64,000 bases of DNA from Candidatus Saccharimonadota bacterium (GTDB lineage Bacteria; Patescibacteriota; Saccharimonadia; Saccharimonadales; UBA10212): NCBI GenBank assembly GCA_022841445.1, contig JALHRM010000003.1, forward strand, positions 343 to 64,342, written 5' to 3'. The notes under the pieces are model-generated. The model did no database searches and was not told the origin of the DNA. It saw only the letters and a list, made by a program, of their open reading frames with translations. A program made the translations under genes and the position numbers. Positions 56,995-64,000 of this stretch are shown here, piece after piece; position 1 is the stretch's first letter, and each line of letters begins with the position of its first letter.

Positions 56995-57009
56995 ATGTGC
57001 GTCGCACAT
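56995..57009. promoter_or_regulatory. 15-bp perfect palindrome ATGTGCG-T-CGCACAT between the AT-rich membrane gene and the Cas4-like nuclease gene.
   Basis: Read directly from the sequence. Its statistical weight is low, since about four 7-1-7 palindromes are expected by chance in 64 kb. Confidence 0.2.
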
Positions 57010-57026
57010 CCTGCTACAATAGGCGG

Positions 57027-57827
57027 ATGGGTAGTTACGGGTATCAACGCACACAGCCATACACGCCTGGTCAGAAAGCGTCGTTCAAAATCAGTCGTAG
57101 CAAGATTGATCTGTTTATGCAATGCCCGCGGTGTTTCTGGCTGGATGCACGGCTAAAAATTAAGCGGCCGTCGAGTCCGCCATTTCGCATTAACAGTGCT
57201 ATCGACGAGCTGTTCAAAAAAGAATTCGATATCCACCGCGAAGCCCAGACGAAGCATCCACTCAGTGAAGCATTCGGGCTTGATCTTGTGCCGTTCAAAC
57301 ATGAAAAAATGGATGAATGGCGTGACGCCCTGCGACGTGGAGTGACGTATCTTCACCCCCAGACTAATTTATTGATTACCGGCGGCGTCGACGATGTATG
57401 GGTTGATCACAAAACAGGCGAAATTGTTATTGTTGACTACAAAGCTACCTCAAAAAATGGTGAGGTGAGCCTCGACGCCGATTGGCAAGTTACGTACAAA
57501 CGCCAGATCGAAGTCTACCAGTGGCTGTTCAGGCGCAATGACTTTAAGGTTTCAGATACTGGTTATTTCGTATACACTAACGGCCGTCTGGACGCTGATG
57601 GATTTTACGATAAGTTGGAATTTAAGACGAAAATTATTCCCTATAAAGGCAATGATAGCTGGATCGAGCCGTCGGTTATGAAACTGAAAGCCTGCTTAGA
57701 AGGCGACATGCCCGAAGTCGGCACTGCCGCCATGGGAGGCGTGTGTGAACATTGTTCATACGCAAAGGCCAGAACAATGCTGAGCCTCGAAGCAATCCAA
57801 TCTCACCGCCATAACAAAAAACGGTAG
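57027..57827 (+). CDS. Cas4/DUF83-like PD-(D/E)XK nuclease with four Fe-S-cluster Cys residues.
   Basis: N-terminal S..IDLFMQCPRCFWL, nuclease core GGVDDVWVDHKTGEIVIVDYKAT and QIEVYQWLF, and C-terminal C-x15-C-x2-C (CLEG...VCEHC). The start is either TTG 56988, immediately after the upstream stop, or ATG 57027. Confidence 0.7.
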   Translation: MGSYGYQRTQPYTPGQKASFKISRSKIDLFMQCPRCFWLDARLKIKRPSSPPFRINSAIDELFKKEFDIHREAQTKHPLSEAFGLDLVPFKHEKMDEWRDALRRGVTYLHPQTNLLITGGVDDVWVDHKTGEIVIVDYKATSKNGEVSLDADWQVTYKRQIEVYQWLFRRNDFKVSDTGYFVYTNGRLDADGFYDKLEFKTKIIPYKGNDSWIEPSVMKLKACLEGDMPEVGTAAMGGVCEHCSYAKARTMLSLEAIQSHRHNKKR

Positions 57828-57829
57828 CG

Positions 57830-58483
57830 CTACTCAATCACAGCTTCAAGCGGTTGGTCGTCGGTGCGAAAGTTCAGTATTCGCCAGTCATCGGGAGTTT
57901 TCTCTAAGATTACTCGAATGTAATAAGTATCATCTTCGTTACCGGGTAGTTCATATATGACCACTGCTCGAACGGTGCCATCATCAGACTTTTGAATAGT
58001 ACTTAACGTGCTTTCGGTCGGACTGCCAAGCAGCGGCCCGACTTGTTCAAATATTAGCTGCAACTCGTCTTGGCTAGTTTCATTCTTAAACTGCTCTGCT
58101 ACCAGGGTGTAGGCGGTTTTGGCGTCTTGATCAACCATGGCTGTAATCATGCGGTCGCTGACCGCAACCGCGTCTGGCAGGCTTGCTTCTTGCATCCGTA
58201 GGTACACGAGTGTGGCAGCTACGATAGCTATGCTAATCACGACCAACATGATACCGATAAGTAGTATTTTTTTACCGGAAGATTTTTTATTATGAGGCGA
58301 AATTGGAGCTGCAGTATTGGTAGGATAAGGTGGTTCCGGCAAGCTGCTGTAGGCCGGTTGTTGTGGAATTTGGTTAGTCGGTTTTTGTACTTGTTGATTA
58401 GCAGGGGGTTGCCATGTGGGTGTAAACCACTGGTTGGGGTCGGGTTGTCGGCGCTCCGGCCGATACGGTTCTCGTGGCTCCAT
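57830..58483 (-). CDS. Hypothetical membrane-anchored protein with a Pro/Gln-rich N-terminus, one TM and a ~120-aa extracytoplasmic domain.
   Basis: ORF on the minus strand with the TM helix ILLIGIMLVVISIAIVAATLVYL. Confidence 0.45.
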   Translation of the reverse strand: MEPREPYRPERRQPDPNQWFTPTWQPPANQQVQKPTNQIPQQPAYSSLPEPPYPTNTAAPISPHNKKSSGKKILLIGIMLVVISIAIVAATLVYLRMQEASLPDAVAVSDRMITAMVDQDAKTAYTLVAEQFKNETSQDELQLIFEQVGPLLGSPTESTLSTIQKSDDGTVRAVVIYELPGNEDDTYYIRVILEKTPDDWRILNFRTDDQPLEAVIE

Positions 58484-58554
58484 AATTACAATTAAGTATA
58501 AGCGCTATCAAACTTGCCTGCAATCCGCCTATTATTTTCTGTATACTATAGGCA

Positions 58555-59862
58555 ATGATTGACTTGCAGTTTGTCCGTGACAATCCAGAGTTGGTGAAAG
58601 AAAAATCCGCTCAAAAAGGGTACACAGTCGATATCGACCGCTTACTTGAGCTTGATAAAAAACGTCGTGAGTTAGTTGGTATAATCGAAGAAAAGCGTGC
58701 TCATCGCAATGAGCTTTCGTCCGCGGCGAAGGGTTCCAGGCCAACACCGCAGCAGATTGAACAAGGCAAAAAACTCAAAGATGACATAGCCAAATTTGAA
58801 GTCGATCTTCAGCCCGTTGAAGCAGAACTTGTTTTACTGCACAAAAACGTGCCAAACATGCCACTGGATGGTGTTCCAATCGGCGCTAGCGAAGATGAAA
58901 ATGTTGAGATAAAAGTCGTTGGAGAAGTTCCACAGTTTGATTTTCAACCAAAAAGCCATGCCGAACTTGGTGAGCTCAACGGATGGATAGATAAAGAACG
59001 AGCCGCAAAAGTAGCCGGTGCTCGTTTTGCCTACCTAAAGGGCGACCTGGTCAAGTTGCAATGGGCGCTGATGCAGTTTGGCATCGACGTGCTGACTGAC
59101 GAAGACACCCTCAAGAAAATTGCGGAAGATGCTGGAATTAGAGGTGTGAGCACCAAACCATTTGTTCCGGTGTTGCCGCCGCTGATGATCCAAACTGAAC
59201 TATACGATGCCATGGATCGTTTGCAGCCAAGTGATGACCGTTACAAAATTGAAGGCGAAGAACTGTGGCTGCAAGGCAGCGCCGAGCATGTGCTTGGTTC
59301 GATGCATGCCAACGAAATATTCGACGAAGCTGAACTGCCTATTCGCTACGTCGGCTACGCCACTAGTTTTCGCCGCGAAGCGGGAACATACGGCAAGGAC
59401 ACCGAGGGCATCATTCGCATGCATCAATTCGATAAACTGGAAATGGAAAGCTTTACTACCAAAGAAAATTCGCTTAAGGAACATCTATTTATGGTTGCTA
59501 TACAAGAATATTTGGTCGCTCAGCTAGGGCTGCCATATCACGTGCTAGAAAAATGCACTGCTGATATCGGTAAGCCAAATGCCAAAGGTGTTGATATCGA
59601 AGTATGGATGGCCTCTCAGGGCAAATACCGCGAAACACATACTGCCGACTACATGACTGACTACCAAGCACGCCGACTCAAGACAAGAGTTCGACGAGCC
59701 AGCGGAGACATTGAACTTGTTCATACCAATGATGCAACTGCTTTCGCACAGCGGCCGCTTATCGCTATTTTGGAGAATAACCAAACCCTAGAGGGAAAGG
59801 TAGTAGTCCCCGAAGTATTACAAAAATATTTAGGAGGCAAACAAGAGTTAGGTCAAATATAA
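58555..59862 (+). CDS. serS: Seryl-tRNA synthetase.
   Basis: MIDLQFVRDNPELVKEKSAQKG N-terminal coiled coil and class II motifs (FRREAGTYGKDTEGIIRMHQF). Confidence 0.93.
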   Translation: MIDLQFVRDNPELVKEKSAQKGYTVDIDRLLELDKKRRELVGIIEEKRAHRNELSSAAKGSRPTPQQIEQGKKLKDDIAKFEVDLQPVEAELVLLHKNVPNMPLDGVPIGASEDENVEIKVVGEVPQFDFQPKSHAELGELNGWIDKERAAKVAGARFAYLKGDLVKLQWALMQFGIDVLTDEDTLKKIAEDAGIRGVSTKPFVPVLPPLMIQTELYDAMDRLQPSDDRYKIEGEELWLQGSAEHVLGSMHANEIFDEAELPIRYVGYATSFRREAGTYGKDTEGIIRMHQFDKLEMESFTTKENSLKEHLFMVAIQEYLVAQLGLPYHVLEKCTADIGKPNAKGVDIEVWMASQGKYRETHTADYMTDYQARRLKTRVRRASGDIELVHTNDATAFAQRPLIAILENNQTLEGKVVVPEVLQKYLGGKQELGQI

Positions 59863-59872
59863 AGGAGGTTCT

Positions 59873-60241
59873 ATGATCAAGCGTATCGAAATATCCGGCG
59901 TTCACTACGATGTAAGTGATGATCTCAAAAAGTATACTCGTCGCAAAATTGGCAAGCTTGATCGTTATTTGCCTCGAGCTGCACGTCAATCCGCCCACCT
60001 TGAAATAAAATTCCAAGAAAGTAAAAAGAAAGATAAAAAACACTGCGCCTGCGAAGTAACGCTGCATCTACCAAACGAAACTATCAACGTTCATGAAGCA
60101 ACTGTTAATATGTTTGCGGCAGTTGATATTATTGAAGCCAAGCTCAAAAACCAGATTAAACGCTATAAAGACAAACATGCTCCAGCTCGCCATCGAGCTA
60201 TTATCCGCAAAGTTGCCAGCGCCCTCAAGCAAGGAAACTGA
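59873..60241 (+). CDS. hpf: Ribosome hibernation promoting factor (HPF/RaiA, short form).
   Basis: MIKRIEISGVHYDVSDDLKKYTRRKIGKLDRYL is typical of HPF. It lies immediately upstream of secA, as in Bacillus (yvyD-secA). Confidence 0.88.
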   Translation: MIKRIEISGVHYDVSDDLKKYTRRKIGKLDRYLPRAARQSAHLEIKFQESKKKDKKHCACEVTLHLPNETINVHEATVNMFAAVDIIEAKLKNQIKRYKDKHAPARHRAIIRKVASALKQGN

Positions 60242-60379
60242 ACGGAAATTTCCCCCTGGGGCACTTTTTATAACAAAATACGCCTATAGGCAATGATTCT
60301 ACCGCTATTATGCGGTACAATATAGAAAGCTAAATGAAATAAGTGAGGAAGGTGCCGTAGCTACAGGAGTGGTTTGATT

Positions 60380-62989
60380 ATGAAAAAAATAGTGAAGAAA
60401 ATTCTTGGTGACCCTCAGACAAAAACTATTAAGCGGTTGCGCAGGCGCGTTAAGCAAGTGAACGCTCTGGCGCCGAAGTATGAAAAAATGTCTGATGCCA
60501 AGCTGAAATCTCAGACTAAAGAGCTAAAAGAGAAGCTTGCCAAAGGCGCTGATCTGGACAAAATTCTACCTGAAGCGTTCGCTACCGTTCGTGAAGCTGC
60601 CAGTCGCACTATCAAACAGCGACACTTTGATGTGCAATTGATCGGCGGTATGGTGCTACACGAAGGCAATGTGGCCGAAATGAAGACCGGGGAAGGCAAA
60701 ACTTTGGTTGCCACGCTCGCGGTGTATCTCAATGCGCTGAGCGGAAAAGGCGTACATGTCGTGACGGTGAACGACTATCTGGCGCAGCGTGATGCCGGCT
60801 GGATGTCCGAAATTTACCACTATCTTGGGCTGTCAGTCGGTGTGATTATTCCGGAAGAGTCATATGTTTTTGATCCTGAGTATGTCAACGAAAGCCACTT
60901 TGACAAGCGTATGCAGCACCTGAAACCAGCGACTCGCCAAGAAGCCTATGCCGCCGATATCACCTACGGCACCAACAACGAATACGGTTTTGATTACCTG
61001 CGCGACAACATGGTGCGAGAAGCCGACCAGCTTCGTCAGCGGCCGCTTAACTACGCAATCGTTGATGAGGTTGACTCTATTCTTATTGATGAAGCTCGCA
61101 CACCACTGATTATTAGTGCGCCGGCTACGGCTAGTGGCGCCGCCTATGCTCAGTTTGCAAAAGTAGTACGTCCTTTGAAAGAACATGATCACTACGAAAA
61201 AGACGAAAAACGTCGTAGCGTTGTACTGACCGACGCTGGTATCGACCAAGTAGAAAAAACACTTGGAGTCACTAATTTGTATAGTACCGATAATATCCGC
61301 ACCATCTATCACCTAGAGCAAGCCCTTAAGGCTCAAACCCTGTTTAAGCGTGACAAAGACTACGTTGTTACCAAAGAAGGCGAAGTGGTGATCGTAGATG
61401 ACTTTACTGGTCGTTTATTACCCGGCCGCCGTTACAACGAAGGTCTTCATCAGGCCATAGAAGCCAAAGAAGGCGTCGAAGTTCAGGAAGAATCAATGAC
61501 GCTGGCTACCATTTCATTCCAGAACTATTTCCGCTTGTATGACAAATTAGCCGGTATGACCGGTACGGCCATGACCGAATCCGAAGAATTTCACCAGATT
61601 TACAAAGTAGACACTGTGGAAATTCCGTCTAACCGAAAAATTGTTCGTGACGACCGCTCCGATCGTATTTACAAAACTGAAACAGGCAAATACAAGGCGA
61701 TCACCAACGAAATCAAGCGCTTACACGAACGTGGCCAACCGGTTTTGATTGGTACTGTCAGTGTCGAAAAGAACGAACTGCTAAGCAACATGCTCAAAAA
61801 GGCCAATGTACCTCACGAAATTCTGAACGCCAAGAATAACGAACGTGAGGCAGCAATTGTAGCGAAAGCCGGCGAAAAAGGTGCTGTAACCCTAGCGACA
61901 AACATCGCCGGACGAGGAACAGACATTGTTCTAGGCGAAGGTGTTAAGGAACTGGGAGGCCTATTCGTGCTTGGATCAGAGCGACACGAATCTCGCCGTA
62001 TCGATAACCAGTTGCGTGGTCGAGCCGGTCGACAGGGCGACCCTGGTGTCACGCAGTTTTATGTGTCTTGCGAAGACGACCTGATGCGAATTTTCGGTGG
62101 CGAACGCATCGCCACTATCATGGATCGGCTAAAAGTTGATGATGAAACACCAGTCGAAAATCGCATCATCAGTAAATCTTTAGAAGGCGCCCAGAAAAAA
62201 GTCGAAGGTTTTAACTTTGATACCCGTAAGCATGTTGTGCAATATGACGATGTCATGAACCGCCACCGCCGCGCCACCTACAGTTTGCGCCGCGAAATAT
62301 TGGAACGCAGTGACATCAGCTACCGCGTAAAGCAGTTTATCGACGAAGAAGCTGACTACATGACAAACCATCCAGAAGCAGCCAGTGAGGAATTTGAAAC
62401 GTTCCTTACGGAAGTATTTCCACTCGACGAACCTGTCTTAGACAAACTGTTTGACACGGAGGCCAGCAAGTTCGGTGCAGCACTAAAAGCCGAGGCTCAT
62501 AAACTGTATAAAGAGCGTGAAGAGCTATTCGGCGCTCCGACTATGCGTAAAGTCGAACGTGACATCTACTTACAAATTCTTGATAACATGTGGATGCAGC
62601 ATCTTGAAAACATGTCACATCTAAAAGAAGGAATTCACTGGATAAGTGTCGGCCAGCGTGACCCATTGGTCGAATACCGCAAGCAAGGTCAGCGGATGTT
62701 CGAAGAAATGCAAGGGGAACTACGTCACGAAATTATTCGTTCTATCTTCCACGCTCGACCACTCAGCGAAGAAGAAATGCAGCGCAGCGTCGAAACAGAA
62801 TTAACCAGAGCGGCACGATCTTCAGTTGATAATGCCGATCAGATCACAGAAGCTGAAATTATTGATTCGACTGACTTTGTACCAGAAAAGGTTGAAAAAG
62901 CAGCCCAGGCTCATTCAGCAAACGAACGTCGTAAAGTACGAAAGGCCGAGCGGCAACGCAAGGCTAAAGGCAAAAAGCGTAAAAAGTAG
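60380..62989 (+). CDS. secA: Preprotein translocase ATPase SecA.
   Basis: QLIGGMVLHEGNVAEMKTGEGKTLVATL (Walker A) and DEVDSILIDEARTPLIIS. I used ATG 60380 with AGGAG 9 nt upstream; the ORF opens at TTG 60374. Confidence 0.95.
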   Translation: MKKIVKKILGDPQTKTIKRLRRRVKQVNALAPKYEKMSDAKLKSQTKELKEKLAKGADLDKILPEAFATVREAASRTIKQRHFDVQLIGGMVLHEGNVAEMKTGEGKTLVATLAVYLNALSGKGVHVVTVNDYLAQRDAGWMSEIYHYLGLSVGVIIPEESYVFDPEYVNESHFDKRMQHLKPATRQEAYAADITYGTNNEYGFDYLRDNMVREADQLRQRPLNYAIVDEVDSILIDEARTPLIISAPATASGAAYAQFAKVVRPLKEHDHYEKDEKRRSVVLTDAGIDQVEKTLGVTNLYSTDNIRTIYHLEQALKAQTLFKRDKDYVVTKEGEVVIVDDFTGRLLPGRRYNEGLHQAIEAKEGVEVQEESMTLATISFQNYFRLYDKLAGMTGTAMTESEEFHQIYKVDTVEIPSNRKIVRDDRSDRIYKTETGKYKAITNEIKRLHERGQPVLIGTVSVEKNELLSNMLKKANVPHEILNAKNNEREAAIVAKAGEKGAVTLATNIAGRGTDIVLGEGVKELGGLFVLGSERHESRRIDNQLRGRAGRQGDPGVTQFYVSCEDDLMRIFGGERIATIMDRLKVDDETPVENRIISKSLEGAQKKVEGFNFDTRKHVVQYDDVMNRHRRATYSLRREILERSDISYRVKQFIDEEADYMTNHPEAASEEFETFLTEVFPLDEPVLDKLFDTEASKFGAALKAEAHKLYKEREELFGAPTMRKVERDIYLQILDNMWMQHLENMSHLKEGIHWISVGQRDPLVEYRKQGQRMFEEMQGELRHEIIRSIFHARPLSEEEMQRSVETELTRAARSSVDNADQITEAEIIDSTDFVPEKVEKAAQAHSANERRKVRKAERQRKAKGKKRKK

Positions 62990-63044
62990 CATCTGACACT
63001 TAAACGCTGCAGTAAAAAATATAAACAAGGCCATCCCCACGTAA

Positions 63045-64000
63045 ATGAAACACACGGTAGAACAAATTAAACTTAGTAACGGTGCTGAAGGATTATTTAT
63101 CCATGTTCCTAGAGCGAGAGTGATGAGTTACGAGTTTAATTTCCGAGCCGGAGAATATTTGGTAGAACGTGATAAATGGGAGGTGCCGCACCTTATGGAG
63201 CATGTCATCCTTGGTGCCAATAAGCGTTACCGCGATGCCCGCGGGTTCCAGGCGGAGTTGCAAAAAAACGGCGCATATACCAACGCATATACTAGTTACT
63301 ATTCAGTCAGCTATGTAGGTGAAGTCGCCGATGTGGAATGGGATCGAGTTATTAGGCTACAGTTATTAGCGCTGGCGCAGCCGTTATTCTTACTAAAGGA
63401 ATTCAAGGCAGAATGGGGAAACATTCGCGACGAGCTAACAGCTTACTGCAATAATCACTTTAGGCATCTTGGTGGTGAACTGGGCAAAACATTTGGTTTT
63501 ACTAATCCAACTGACGCCGAACGCATCAAGCTAATGAAGTCGGCAGTTCGTAAGGACTTAGTCGAACACTGGAAGCGTACGCATCTAGCTGCCAATATGC
63601 GCTTTGTGATTGCCGGTAACTTACGTGGTCGTCGTGATAAATTGAAACAAATTATCGAAAATTGTGGATTACCTGCGGGCACTGCCCGATTTGCTTTGCC
63701 GGCAGAAACTGCTAAAAAACCTGAAAAGCCCGTCTACATTCACAACGAAACTGTACCAAATATGTATTTATATATTGATAGCTACGCCAGTGATATTATC
63801 ACCCAAGAAGAAGACGATGCACTTAGCCTAGCCAGGATAATGCTGACCGAAACACTTCATTCGCGTATTTTTGGGCAAGCACGCGAAAAAGGCCTAGTTT
63901 ACTCTGTGAATTCTAATCACTACTACGCGAGTGCGTATTCCGAATGGTGGTTGTCTGCGCAAGTTATCGCTGCTAATGCACCGGCGCTATGCGATATTAT
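63045..64000 (+). CDS. M16-family (pitrilysin-like) zinc peptidase, 3'-truncated at the window end.
   Basis: Inverted zinc motif HLMEHVIL (HxxEH) near the N-terminus. The ORF runs off the window. Confidence 0.7.
   Translation, partial: MKHTVEQIKLSNGAEGLFIHVPRARVMSYEFNFRAGEYLVERDKWEVPHLMEHVILGANKRYRDARGFQAELQKNGAYTNAYTSYYSVSYVGEVADVEWDRVIRLQLLALAQPLFLLKEFKAEWGNIRDELTAYCNNHFRHLGGELGKTFGFTNPTDAERIKLMKSAVRKDLVEHWKRTHLAANMRFVIAGNLRGRRDKLKQIIENCGLPAGTARFALPAETAKKPEKPVYIHNETVPNMYLYIDSYASDIITQEEDDALSLARIMLTETLHSRIFGQAREKGLVYSVNSNHYYASAYSEWWLSAQVIAANAPALCDI

Noticed and set aside
56995-57009. 15-bp palindrome as a definite operator site.
   Set aside because: About four 7-1-7 palindromes are expected by chance in 64 kb. 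I kept it only as a low-confidence annotation because of its position.

Overview
This 64 kb window looks like a chromosomal core region of a small-genome bacterium with Firmicutes-like gene order (rpsB-tsf...frr-uppS-rseP-proS and serS-hpf-secA). GC is about 48-50% and the stop codons are standard. Several traits are consistent with a Patescibacteria/Saccharibacteria-like (episymbiont) lineage: class I LysRS, type-B L31, a lone ProB-like kinase, many small membrane proteins, missing biosynthetic genes and a giant repeat-rich surface protein. I cannot confirm the taxonomy from sequence alone.

The window opens inside a surface-protein gene that is 5'-truncated and more than 2,350 aa long. It is built from at least four repeat classes: a ~52-aa repeat with three identical 80-bp DNA copies, Kelch blades, LVIVD blades, and 14 copies of an unassigned ~50-aa Cys-pair repeat. 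Downstream lie parAB, a secreted ConA/lyase-like protein, lepB, an LCP protein, htrA, a divergent sigma factor, prfA-prmC, rpmE, and an unknown two-gene pair encoding a membrane-anchored HExxH protein. After these come rpsB-tsf, frr-uppS-rseP, a CPBP protease, a ProB-like kinase, proS, greA, class-I lysS, an ABC/FtsX/DUF2207 module, msrA, and a CpxP-like gene divergent from an OmpR/histidine-kinase pair. A clear SAM-I riboswitch precedes metK. The remaining genes are two FKBPs, a DnaQ-GIY-YIG fusion, NUDIX, rlmD-like, rsmE, serS, hpf, secA and a truncated M16 peptidase.

The most unusual items are the giant protein and its repeat classes, and the SAM riboswitch. Others are an AT-rich (~35% GC) membrane gene abutting a Cas4-like Fe-S PD-(D/E)XK nuclease, a pair of paralogous membrane proteins sharing an undescribed N-terminal 'GWP' repeat, the HExxH secreted-protein pair inserted between rpmE and rpsB, and several compositionally shifted hypothetical genes. 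I found no rRNA, tRNA, CRISPR array or obvious transposase.
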